Shown: positions 52,869-62,788 of the stretch, piece by piece
Numbering within the stretch: the first letter of the stretch is position 1
Layout: each line of letters begins with the position of its first letter
From: Nostoc sp. DedSLP01
Lineage (GTDB): Bacteria > Cyanobacteriota > Cyanobacteriia > Cyanobacteriales > Nostocaceae
Reading direction: 5' to 3'
Assembly: GCA_034530875.2 (NCBI GenBank)
Contig: JAVRCJ020000008.1
Location: 32,001 to 96,000 of the forward strand
Length of the DNA: 64,000 nt
Position numbers and translations under genes: made by a program
Notes under the pieces: model-generated
The model's input: the letters and a program-made list of their open reading frames with translations, nothing else
What the model was told of the DNA's origin: nothing
Database searches by the model: none

Positions 52869-53531
52869 ATGATGGAATTGTCCACTTCCAGAGACAATCC
52901 CATGTTACAAACAATCACCAAGTCCAACACATTACTTCTAGCAGCTTTGATTTTCCTATCAGCAGTAACATTCAATAGTCCCAAAGTTGAGGCAATAAAC
53001 AGCCAAAATCTAAATCTAACCCAATTACCGACATCAAGTGAGATCTGTGCTACGTGCAGCAGCGAAGGTATCGCACCAGCGCCAGAATGGAAAAAATTCT
53101 CTCCAGATGACGGTCAATTCTCTATTCTCATGCCAGGTGAAGACATTTCAGACATCACACCAGATAAAAGTGAAATGGATGATGGTGTTGAGTCTACAAA
53201 AATGTATCTGAGTACTAATGAAACAAATGTGTTTATGGTTAGCTATGCTGACTTTAAGAATGATGTGACTCAGATTTCCTCAACTGAGTTATTGGATTCT
53301 GCTTTACAAGGGATGTTAAAGGATGGGAAAAAATTACTAAGTCAGCAAAATATTAATCTAGGTGCATATCCCGGCATAGAAATGAACTTGTGGGATGAAA
53401 AAGAAGGAATTTTTCTCACAGGTAGAATTTTGATTGCTAATCAACGGTTGTATATGCTCTTCGTAGGAAGCGATAAAAATCCTCAAGCCCGTGATGTTAG
53501 AAAGTTTTTTGACTCCTTCGAGTTGATATAG
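52869..53531 (+). CDS. Hypothetical exported protein
   Basis: Signal-like segment; WKKFS..DGQFSILMPG, LGAYPGIE, RLY, FFDSF. Confidence 0.75.
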   Translation: MMELSTSRDNPMLQTITKSNTLLLAALIFLSAVTFNSPKVEAINSQNLNLTQLPTSSEICATCSSEGIAPAPEWKKFSPDDGQFSILMPGEDISDITPDKSEMDDGVESTKMYLSTNETNVFMVSYADFKNDVTQISSTELLDSALQGMLKDGKKLLSQQNINLGAYPGIEMNLWDEKEGIFLTGRILIANQRLYMLFVGSDKNPQARDVRKFFDSFELI

Positions 53532-53546
53532 TAATCATTAAATTAC

Positions 53547-53650
53547 TATAACAATCCTAAATCATTCGTGAAAAATTAGATCCCCGACTTCTTTGAGAAT
53601 TCGGGGATCTAGACACCACAAATTTTCATAATTCATCTAGGATTGCTATA
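53547..53650. mobile_element. MITE-like element with central GATCCCCGAC palindrome
   Basis: TATAACAATCCTA...TAGGATTGCTATA ends. Confidence 0.72.
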
Positions 53651-53929
53651 TATAACTCTGTCTATTGTGATTATTGATACAATAATTATAGAAAAGATTA
53701 TTTCCAAAAATTCTGCCAAATTGCCAAATAAATTACCTCTTATCTGATTTTTGTTTTATTTTCCGGTAATATAGGATTGTGACAGTTACACAAAAAATCT
53801 TAGCTTTAGTATCTACTTAAAATTAGGTTTAACAGCTTTAGTAATAGTAACTGTTACTTAAATAAAAGTTTAAATTTTCTAAATCAACACGTCTGCAAAT
53901 AGCAGGTATTATTAAGGAATTTCTCTATT

Positions 53930-54127
53930 ATGATTGCTACGCTGATTGTAGCTTGGATTGTGTTCGTAGTAGTGTGGAAGCTATTGAAAGCCACCATAAC
54001 TAATGCATTGACTCTCGCCGCAATTCTTATTTTATTAAATATCGGTTTTGGCATTACTCCGCAAGATATTTGGCATCATCTAACGCAGTTTGCTCAAACT
54101 ATTTCCCAAATCCAAAGCGGCAAATAA
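53930..54127 (+). CDS. Small membrane protein
   Basis: Two hydrophobic helices then FGITPQDIW. Confidence 0.7.
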   Translation: MIATLIVAWIVFVVVWKLLKATITNALTLAAILILLNIGFGITPQDIWHHLTQFAQTISQIQSGK

Positions 54128-54229
54128 AAAATAAATTCTGAATGCAAAATTCAGAATTTATTACCTATTTAATTCCGAATTACGTTAGCGCAGCGGAGCA
54201 TAGCCCATTACGAATTAGTAATTATTTGG

Positions 54230-54730
54230 TCAATTATTATTCAATCCTGAAACTTTAGCCAAAGCATCCTTAACACTTGGCGGTAATTGACGCATAATCT
54301 TGCCTCTTTCGCGATCTAAAGCTACTAAAGTTACCTTGGCAGTAACGTATAATTCTTGTCCGTCACTTGAGACAATGGCATAATCCCAATTAATTCGGAC
54401 GCCAGTAACCTCAGCCATACGGGTTTTGACTATTGCTGCCACACCTAATTGAATTGAACGGTGATAGCGCACGGACAATTCTACAACTGGTAAATCGCAA
54501 CCTAAAGCTACTAAATCAGCAAATTCAATACCGATAGACCGCAAGCATTCTACCCGCGCTTCTTCCATCCAAGTAAGATATGAACCGTGCCAGGCAATAC
54601 CTGCATAGTCAGTGTGGTGGGGTTGCACTCTTACAGGATATTCAAACCAGTTTTCAAATTCACGATTTAATGTATTGCTAAGGGCACTGGTTGGTGGTAA
54701 TTGTGGCTGATTTGGTGTTTGTTCTGACAT
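54230..54730 (-). CDS. Acyl-CoA thioesterase (4HBT/YbgC family)
   Basis: RVQPHHTDYAGIAWHGSYLTWMEEAR. Confidence 0.9.
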   Translation of the reverse strand: MSEQTPNQPQLPPTSALSNTLNREFENWFEYPVRVQPHHTDYAGIAWHGSYLTWMEEARVECLRSIGIEFADLVALGCDLPVVELSVRYHRSIQLGVAAIVKTRMAEVTGVRINWDYAIVSSDGQELYVTAKVTLVALDRERGKIMRQLPPSVKDALAKVSGLNNN

Positions 54731-54762
54731 TTTAAAGTTTCTGGGCATTTATTTTGAGAACT

Positions 54763-54891
54763 TATACCAATTCAATTAACGACTGCAACACATCCTTGTC
54801 TGAAGACACGATGAATCGCTGGTTCAAGACGCGATGAATCGCGTCTCTACGGATGGTGTATTTGTCGCATTCTTTTTTAAAATTGGTATTA
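54763..54891. mobile_element. MITE-like element with REP-like GTAG hairpin
   Basis: ATACCAATT / AATTGGTAT ends; interior AGACGCGATGAATCGCGTCTCTAC with a partial tandem copy. Confidence 0.65.
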
Positions 54892-55060
54892 CTTATAAAG
54901 TATCCAAATATGAGAGTAGTATCTTTGATTATCTTGTCTGCCTATGTTTTTTAAGTCTAAAAAATAATTTAGCACTCACCTCTAAATCAATAAAAATTAA
55001 TTGCGTTGCATGACTTCTTGATTTAAAATTTACACTTCCGAGTATAGGGAGTGTTTTATT

Positions 55061-57130
55061 ATGCGGCCTAATCTCCGGTATGTTAGTGTTGTGACTTTGA
55101 CTCTACTTAGTGTACTAGGTTTTGGGATAGCATACCCAGAAAATAACCGACCAAGTACAAATATAAAATTACAATTGCATTTTGGAGAAAAAGCTCAAGC
55201 TTTACCCCAGAATAATCAAGCTTCAGAAATAGAAAGGCTCAACCAAGAAGCTATCAAACAATCTCAACAAGGTCAATCTCAAGAAGCATTGCAAAAATTA
55301 CAACAAGCTTTAGCCATCAGTAGAGAATTTGGAGAACGTTCTTGGGAAGCTGTAACATTCAACAACATCGGCAGAGTCTACCAAAGTCAAAGAAAGTATC
55401 GCGAAGCACTCGAATCTTATCAGCAAGCCATAGTAATTAATAAAGAACTTGGGGATTTAGTCCGACTTGGCAAAACCTATAGTAATGTAGGTTACTTATT
55501 CGATATCCAAAAAAAACCAGAGTTAGCAATTATTTTCTACAAAGGTTGCGTCATTAACCGTGAAAAAGCTCGTTTGAATCCATCAACCCTGGCTGCACCA
55601 CAACCAGATGCTTACAGCATTACTGTAAGTCAGACATATCGAATTTTGGGTGAAAAATTACTCAAGCAAAAACGTATTGCCGAAGCTCAACGAACAATGG
55701 ATTTACTCAAAGTTGAAGAACTACAGGAGTATCTCCAAAATGTGCCAGGCAATCAACGCACTGCTAAAGGCATTGATATAGTGCCAGAAGAAAAACCAAT
55801 TAAACAAAAGTTAGATTTAACTCTAGATAATGCTGTTGCCCTCGGTAAAGAATTAACAAAACTGAGAAAAGTTCCTCCCCAAGAGCGATCGCCACAACAA
55901 AAACAACGTATCCAACAGTTAGTATTAAATCAGCAGCAACTATTAGATGAATTTAACAAATTCCTCGATAGTTCTGAGGTAAAAGCACAAATAGAACAAA
56001 TTAGCCGTACAGCTAGGCGGCAAAATGTAGATTTGGAAAGCCTCAATCAAATTCGGGATAATTTAGCGCGATTACCTCAAAAATCGGCACTAATCTATCC
56101 ACTGATTTTAAAAAATAGCTTGGAATTGGTATTAGTAACTCCCGATTCTCCACCAATTCATCGCACTGTAGCTGTGAAAAGTGAAAAAATTTATCAAACA
56201 ATTGGGGACTTCCGCAAAGCTTTAACAAATCCCAGTCAAAATATCAAAGCACCTGCACGCCAATTATATAGCTGGCTAATTAAACCAATAGAAAAGGAAT
56301 TGCAACTCTCTGGTACGCAAACTATAATTTACGCTCCAGATGACCAATTACGTTACATTCCTTTAAGCGCTTTATATGATGGCAAACAATGGCTAGTGCA
56401 GCGCTTTAGTGTCAACCATATTACATCTGCTAGCTTGACTAACTTAAACACTCCAAAGCAATCTAACTTGCGAGTTTTAGCTGGTGCTTTTACTAAAGGT
56501 AATTATCAAATCAAAGTTGGAAATCGACAGATTGCTTTCGCTGGTTTGCCTTTTGCAACGCGAGAAGTAGAAAGTTTAGCTGCGGCGGTTCCGGAGACTA
56601 CGAAGCTTTTAGACGATGCCTTTAGCCCCAGTGTCACTGTACCCCAAATGGATGATTATACGATTGTCCATTTTGCGACTCATGCAGCCTTTGTGGTGGG
56701 TAAACCAGAAGATTCGTTTATTTTATTCGGCAATGGCGATCGCGTTAACTTTAGAAATATTGCTACTTGGTCGCTTCCCAATGTAGATTTAGTAGTTTTG
56801 AGCGCCTGCGAAACCGGCTTGGGAGGCAAATTAGGTAACGGTGAGGAAATTTTGGGCTTCGGTTATCAAATGCAGCAAACCGGTGCTAGAGCCGCCATTG
56901 CGTCGTTATGGTCTGTAGATGATGGCGGTACGCAAGCACTGATGAGCGCTTTTTATCATATTCTCTCGTCTAACCAGTTAACTAAAGCCGAAACCCTACG
57001 ACAAGCTCAAATCTCATTACTCTCTGGAAAATCAAACGTCAAAGAAAGTAATGCACCCGCGACGCAAGTTGGTCGCTTTAGCCACCCGTACTACTGGGCA
57101 CCTTTTATTTTAATTGGCAACGGACTTTAA
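55061..57130 (+). CDS. TPR + CHAT (caspase HetF-associated) domain protein with signal-like N-terminus
   Basis: N-terminal TPRs; VHFATHA and VVLSACETG catalytic motifs, ASLWSVDD, HPYYWAPFILIGN. Confidence 0.92.
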   Translation: MRPNLRYVSVVTLTLLSVLGFGIAYPENNRPSTNIKLQLHFGEKAQALPQNNQASEIERLNQEAIKQSQQGQSQEALQKLQQALAISREFGERSWEAVTFNNIGRVYQSQRKYREALESYQQAIVINKELGDLVRLGKTYSNVGYLFDIQKKPELAIIFYKGCVINREKARLNPSTLAAPQPDAYSITVSQTYRILGEKLLKQKRIAEAQRTMDLLKVEELQEYLQNVPGNQRTAKGIDIVPEEKPIKQKLDLTLDNAVALGKELTKLRKVPPQERSPQQKQRIQQLVLNQQQLLDEFNKFLDSSEVKAQIEQISRTARRQNVDLESLNQIRDNLARLPQKSALIYPLILKNSLELVLVTPDSPPIHRTVAVKSEKIYQTIGDFRKALTNPSQNIKAPARQLYSWLIKPIEKELQLSGTQTIIYAPDDQLRYIPLSALYDGKQWLVQRFSVNHITSASLTNLNTPKQSNLRVLAGAFTKGNYQIKVGNRQIAFAGLPFATREVESLAAAVPETTKLLDDAFSPSVTVPQMDDYTIVHFATHAAFVVGKPEDSFILFGNGDRVNFRNIATWSLPNVDLVVLSACETGLGGKLGNGEEILGFGYQMQQTGARAAIASLWSVDDGGTQALMSAFYHILSSNQLTKAETLRQAQISLLSGKSNVKESNAPATQVGRFSHPYYWAPFILIGNGL

Positions 57131-57426
57131 TTTTGGATTTGAGATTTTGGATTAAAAGCTTTGAATTATAGCAGGAGGCAGGAGGTAAAACTATTACTCT
57201 TCCCAGCATTCACGCTTGTCATTATGTCCTAAACCCGAATTTCTTACTCGTGAGAAATTTGGGCTTTGAGCTTCATTCTTTTAGTAGGGTGTGTTATGCC
57301 GTAGGCTAACGCACCGTAATTTGTCAATCATTACCTACTCTGAGCAATAACACACCTGACAATTTAATTTTCTACCTATCTCTGTAAGTTTGGGATAATA
57401 TGGCGCTAATCTGAGAATTTAGATTT

Positions 57427-58758
57427 ATGACCCAGGATTTTGCCTTTTTAAAACGGATATACAATGTTTTCGATCCATTTCGCCCCTTACCCGCAGGAGA
57501 TCCCGCTTACGTTGATTGTACAGAAGTGCGGGGAGATGGTGACATATTAGTAGAAGTAGGTAGAGAAATTTTGTATTCAGACAGAATGACCTCTCAACTG
57601 TATGCAGGTCATCGCGGGGCTGGAAAATCTACAGAATTACTGCGTCTTCAGCAACATTTAGATGAGCAAGGTTGCTTTGTTGTTTATTTTCCCGCCGATG
57701 AACAAGATATCGATCCAGAAGATGCCCAATATACTGATATTCTTTTAGCTTGTACCCGCCACTTATTAGATGCATTAAAAGATAGCACTTCTCCAGCTAG
57801 TTTATTGAATTGGTTAAACGAACGTTGGCAAGATTTAAAAGATTTGGCATTAACTGAAGTCTCCTTACAAAGCTTAAGTATAGAAGGGCAAATTGCCCAA
57901 TTCGCCAAATTAACAGCAAATTTGCGAACAGAACCTACTCAACGCCAAAAAATTCGGGAACGTGTCAATCCGCATACAATTACTTTGATTGCAGCTTTAA
58001 ATGAGTTTATTCAAGATGCCAAAAAGCACTTACCTTCAGGATATTCTCAACTTGTACTAATTGCTGATAACTTAGACCGAATTGTACCTATACCTCAAGA
58101 AGATGGACGCAGCAATCACGACCAAATTTTTATCGACCGTAGCGAACAACTCCAAGCTTTAGATTGCCATTTGCTTTATACAGTACCCATTTCTTTGCTG
58201 TATTCTAATCGCGCCGCAGACCTAGCTAATATCTATGGTAATACTCAGGTATTGCCGATGATTATGGTGCAAACGCCTGAAAATCAACCCTATCAACGCG
58301 GTATTAATAAAGTTATAGAAATACTGCAAAAACGTCTGAGTTTGATAGACTCTAGTTTATCTGTGGTGGATATGTTTGAGCAGCGGGAAGCTTTAGAAAG
58401 ACTATGCCTCATGAGTGGAGGTCATGTGCGAAATTTATTATTATTAATGAAGGAGGCGATTAAATACACTAACAGCCTACCCATTCCTAACCGAGCCTTA
58501 CAGCGTTCAATGAGCGAATTGCGAAATACTTATCGAAATACAGTTTTTGCTAATGAATGGGAAGCACTGGCAACTGTGTATCATTCTAAAGAAATAGAAA
58601 ACGATCCATTGTATCGAGGCTTATTATTTAATCGCTGTATTTTAGAATATCGTTATCTAAATGGAGAAGGGGAAAGTCAAGTTTGGTATGATATTCATCC
58701 TCTAATTAAGGGAATTAAAGAATTTCAAGATACCTTTAATCGACTGTATCCATCATAA
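57427..58758 (+). CDS. P-loop ATPase
   Basis: GHRGAGKSTEL, LIADNLDRI, SGGHVRNL, WYDIHPL. Confidence 0.85.
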   Translation: MTQDFAFLKRIYNVFDPFRPLPAGDPAYVDCTEVRGDGDILVEVGREILYSDRMTSQLYAGHRGAGKSTELLRLQQHLDEQGCFVVYFPADEQDIDPEDAQYTDILLACTRHLLDALKDSTSPASLLNWLNERWQDLKDLALTEVSLQSLSIEGQIAQFAKLTANLRTEPTQRQKIRERVNPHTITLIAALNEFIQDAKKHLPSGYSQLVLIADNLDRIVPIPQEDGRSNHDQIFIDRSEQLQALDCHLLYTVPISLLYSNRAADLANIYGNTQVLPMIMVQTPENQPYQRGINKVIEILQKRLSLIDSSLSVVDMFEQREALERLCLMSGGHVRNLLLLMKEAIKYTNSLPIPNRALQRSMSELRNTYRNTVFANEWEALATVYHSKEIENDPLYRGLLFNRCILEYRYLNGEGESQVWYDIHPLIKGIKEFQDTFNRLYPS

Positions 58759-58874
58759 AAATAAATCACTGTGTCATTCACAATACCTATACTAAAATGC
58801 AATATTTGAGAAGGTTGTCGCTATATGAACAAAGGCTACCTCTGTAGGCTATCAGGTATTACACAGCTAAGATT

Positions 58875-61127
58875 ATGACCCTAGAACTGACTGATTGGGA
58901 TAAGGATTTACCATCAGAAATAAATGAAGAATATCAAGCCTTAGTCCGCACACTGAATTTTACAGAAGGATTTGGTTTATTATTTGTCCGTTGCTCTCCG
59001 GCAGAGGGTGTGCATTTAATTACTAAAGTAAAAGAAAATATTACAAATAAAAATATCGAAGTTATACGGCTGGAGCAAGCTGTCACTAATTTATATGAAA
59101 TAATTGATTCTTTAGAAAATAAAGAAAAGATAAATATTTTATTTATCACAGGATTAGAGCATTCTTTTTATGAATATGAAGAATGCAAAAGATTAATGGG
59201 GTGGAATAGTAGAGATATTTATTCATATAGTTGGAAGGGTGTACCACCTGTTTTAATTAACCTCAACCAACAGCGAGAACGGTTGAAGGAGAAATTTAAT
59301 ATCTGTTTTGTGTTCTTGTTACCGATATTTGCAATTAAATATTTTATTCAACGTGCCCCAGACTTTTTTGACTGGCGTTCTGGATTGTTTGAATTTCCAA
59401 TAGATTCAGAAACTTTAGAAAAAGAATCATCACGTATTATTAAGGATGCAGATGATGAAAAATATCTCACTTTAACAAGAGAAGGAAGAACTCAAGAAAT
59501 AATAGCAATTCAAGAATTAATAGCAGAAGATAATCAAACACCCGATCGCCAATATGATTTACTGATTAACTTGGGAAAATTACAGTCTGCTGGAGAAGAA
59601 TATTACCAAGGTTATGAAGAAGCAATCGCTTCCTATATCAAAGCAGTAGAAATTAAACCTAATGAGTACCAAGCTTGGTACAACCTGGGGTATGCCTTAG
59701 GGAAAATAGGACACAATGAAGAAGCTATCGCATCCTACGACCAAGCACTACAAATTCACTCAGATGATTACTATGCTTGGAAAAGTCGGGGTATTACATT
59801 GGAAGAATTGGGTAGATATGAAGAAGCACTCATTAGCCTAGACAAAGCTTTAGAATTAGAACCTAAGGATGACTTGTCTGACCTTTATTATGTCTGGAAA
59901 TCGCGAGGCATTATACTTTTTAAACTGGATAGATACGAAGAAGCGATCGCCTCCTATGACAAGGCACTATCAATTCAACCTGATGACCACAAAGTTTGGA
60001 ACTTACGAGGGCTTGCACTCTATCAATTAGGACGCTATGAAGAAGCAATTGCCTCTTGTGATAAGGTAGTAGCGATTAAACATGACGATCATCTTGCTTG
60101 GTACTTGCGGGGTAATGCATTACAGAATTTAGGACGCAATGAAGAAGCGATTTCCTCCTTTGACAATGTACTGAAATTTAACCCAGATAAACATGAAGCT
60201 TGGAAAGACCGGGGTATTGCGCTACGTAATTTAGGAAGCTATGAAGAAGCGATCGCATCCTACGACAAAGCACTGTCAATTCGACCTGATGACTGCATAG
60301 CTTGGATCTGGCGAGGGATTACACTCTATCAATTAGGACGCAATGAAGAAGCGATTTCCTCCTTTGACAAGGCAGTAGTGATTAAACCTGACGATCATCT
60401 TGCTTGGTACTTTCAGGGTAATGCATTACGGAATTTAGGACGCAATGAAGAAGCGATTTCCTCCTTTGACAATGCACTGAAATTTAACCCAGATAATGAA
60501 GCTTGGAACGGCCGGGGTATTGCGCTACGTAATTTAGGAAGCTATGAAGAAGCGATCGCATCCCACAACAAGGCTTTGGAAATTCAACCTGATGACCATG
60601 AAGCTTGTTACAACTTGGGAATTGCGCTATTTAAATTAGGACGCGATGAAGAAGCGATCGCTTCCTATGACCAAGCACTGTCAATTCAACCTGATGACCA
60701 TATAGTTTGGAGCTTGCGAGGGCTTGCGCTCTATGAATTAGGACACAATGAAGAAGCGATCGCTTCCTATGACCAAGCCCTGTCAATTCAACCTGATAAC
60801 CACATAACTTGGTACATCCGGGGGATTGTGCTACAGAATTTAGGACGCAATGAACAAGCGATCGCCAGCTATGACAAAGCCTTGGAATTTAAACCAGATG
60901 ACCACCTAGCTTGGAACAACCGGGGGAATGCGCTATTTAATTTAGGACGCAATGAACAAGCGATCGCATCCTATGACCAAGCACTAAAAATTAAACCTGA
61001 TGACTACGAGGTTTGGAATCACCGGGGCAATGCACTACGAGATTTAGGACGCAATGAAGAAGCACTCGCATCCTATGACCAAGCACTAAAAATTAAATCT
61101 GATTTCACTCGTGACAGGTTAGAGTGA
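58875..61127 (+). CDS. TPR protein with N-terminal degenerate NTPase-like domain
   Basis: LN.QRE...APDFFDWRSG N-terminal domain followed by about 15 34-aa TPRs (AW..RG..L..LGR.EEAIASYDKAL). Confidence 0.9.
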   Translation: MTLELTDWDKDLPSEINEEYQALVRTLNFTEGFGLLFVRCSPAEGVHLITKVKENITNKNIEVIRLEQAVTNLYEIIDSLENKEKINILFITGLEHSFYEYEECKRLMGWNSRDIYSYSWKGVPPVLINLNQQRERLKEKFNICFVFLLPIFAIKYFIQRAPDFFDWRSGLFEFPIDSETLEKESSRIIKDADDEKYLTLTREGRTQEIIAIQELIAEDNQTPDRQYDLLINLGKLQSAGEEYYQGYEEAIASYIKAVEIKPNEYQAWYNLGYALGKIGHNEEAIASYDQALQIHSDDYYAWKSRGITLEELGRYEEALISLDKALELEPKDDLSDLYYVWKSRGIILFKLDRYEEAIASYDKALSIQPDDHKVWNLRGLALYQLGRYEEAIASCDKVVAIKHDDHLAWYLRGNALQNLGRNEEAISSFDNVLKFNPDKHEAWKDRGIALRNLGSYEEAIASYDKALSIRPDDCIAWIWRGITLYQLGRNEEAISSFDKAVVIKPDDHLAWYFQGNALRNLGRNEEAISSFDNALKFNPDNEAWNGRGIALRNLGSYEEAIASHNKALEIQPDDHEACYNLGIALFKLGRDEEAIASYDQALSIQPDDHIVWSLRGLALYELGHNEEAIASYDQALSIQPDNHITWYIRGIVLQNLGRNEQAIASYDKALEFKPDDHLAWNNRGNALFNLGRNEQAIASYDQALKIKPDDYEVWNHRGNALRDLGRNEEALASYDQALKIKSDFTRDRLE

Positions 61128-61528
61128 TTGCACATTTGTCAAGAGAGTGCAGGAAAAGGCGATAAATCCAGCTTTGAGACTGGCTTTTGGAGATATTTAA
61201 CCAAGCCTAGTCTTGATTCTCTGGAGCAGCAAAGTATTGACTCAGGTCAAATCAGCTAGGAAACGCGCACGCTGCTAGAGAAAATATGTTGCAGAATTCA
61301 GTACCCATATACACCACTTCTGACTATGGTGCGTTTTAACACCTGATAACTCAAGGCTCAAATATTTGGCTTATGAAATTTTGGTAGATACAAAAAAACA
61401 CGCGACAGGCTAATACAGTGCCGATCGCTTAATGGTAATGGAGAATCAGTAATGAGCGATCGCTAATTCGCTATTACTAATCACCAGTTACCGAGAATTT
61501 GTAATTTGCTATCAATCTTTTGCAACCC

Positions 61529-61873
61529 TTAACAGTTCTTGGCAAGAGTTTTAGAGGTTGTTTCGATTTGCATAGATTGCTTGACAAGATTAGCCAACTC
61601 CTGTAATTGGTTAATTGCCTCCGCACCCTCTAGCTTCATTAATTCGCGATCGTCTCGCATTTCCGTCCAAGTAATTCCATAATCGGACACTAAAAACCGA
61701 ATCAAATGGTTATCACCCAAGCTAACCATAAACGATGCGCTATTCATCTGGTCGCCACAGGTGTAACAGGATGCAGGATAACCCCGTCGCTCCAATACAA
61801 TCGCCAAGGCTTGCAGGTTCATTACCAAGTCTTGGACGAATTGTCGATGTTGATGTGCTAGTCTCAGAAACAC
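61529..61873 (-). CDS. DUF1815 family protein
   Basis: MFLRLAHQHRQFVQDLVMNLQALA...ASCYTCG...RFLVSDYGITWTE; GTG start. Confidence 0.82.
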   Translation of the reverse strand: MFLRLAHQHRQFVQDLVMNLQALAIVLERRGYPASCYTCGDQMNSASFMVSLGDNHLIRFLVSDYGITWTEMRDDRELMKLEGAEAINQLQELANLVKQSMQIETTSKTLAKNC

Positions 61874-62636
61874 TTTTGTCCTCCAGACACCACAGTCATT
61901 TGAGTTACTTTTATCTTTTCTTTAGATTTTCTCACCCACTGGTATTGTAAACTATTCATTACAATTCCTAGACAGGTAATATTGAGTCTTTAATTGACTA
62001 CCTTGTTTAGGGTAGAACATGAGAGTTTTGAGCGCCGTATCAAACTATTCAGTTTGGAAGTTCAAAATCTGGGACAGAATTGTTAAATATAACTTATAGC
62101 TTTATACACTCCTGTCAGGGAAGATTCCTACACGAAGCGATCGCTCCAAGAATAACTCAAATCTACCACTAGTCAACTACAGAAAACCTACAAATTCGCT
62201 TTTTATCAACTACGTGCACCTAAATTCACTACTAAAAGATAGTTAGACGTAGTTTTACGTGGTTTTAGTACCTCTTACTTACATGTTTAATCTGTTTCGT
62301 TTCTAACGTAAATTTTGGTATGCACAGATTATTATGTATACCAAATTTGTTTCTCTTAACTATATATATTTGAGCAGATGAGGGTGCAATTGGTAAACTC
62401 AGTAGTGATTGCAGAGAAAATAAAATTTTTGATACAAAAAATACTTAGTTAAGAGAAAAGCCTGAGTAAGGTATTCATAATGGCTAAACTCAACACTGAC
62501 AATATCTCAACTCAGAAAAACAATGTTGCCATTTAGGCAATATTTTTATCTAGATAACATTTCTAAATCATTCGTGAAAAAATCTGTTGCTTCTTGCGTG
62601 TTTCCGCGGCTGATTTCACAGCTCAAATAACAGTCT

Positions 62637-62773
62637 TATATCAAGTTCGCTTAATCACTTATAAATCCTGAAACACCCCACCCGCCTTACTGCACCCTCC
62701 CCTTAGCAAGGGGAGGGTTGGGGAGGGGTAACGCGAGGACTGCAATCATAACTAATCATCCTAACTTGATATT
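62637..62773. mobile_element. MITE-like element ATATCAAGTT...AACTTGATAT with CCCTCCCCTTAGCAAGGGGAGGG core
   Basis: 10-bp terminal inverted repeat; a short version with similar ends lies at 18900-18939. Confidence 0.68.
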
Positions 62774-62788
62774 AGAGCCTGTTTGTCG

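Noticed and set aside
61960..62550. Possible ncRNA in the long intergenic region upstream of DUF1815
   Set aside because: AT-rich with only weak hairpins; I could not recognise a family or a promoter-terminator pair.
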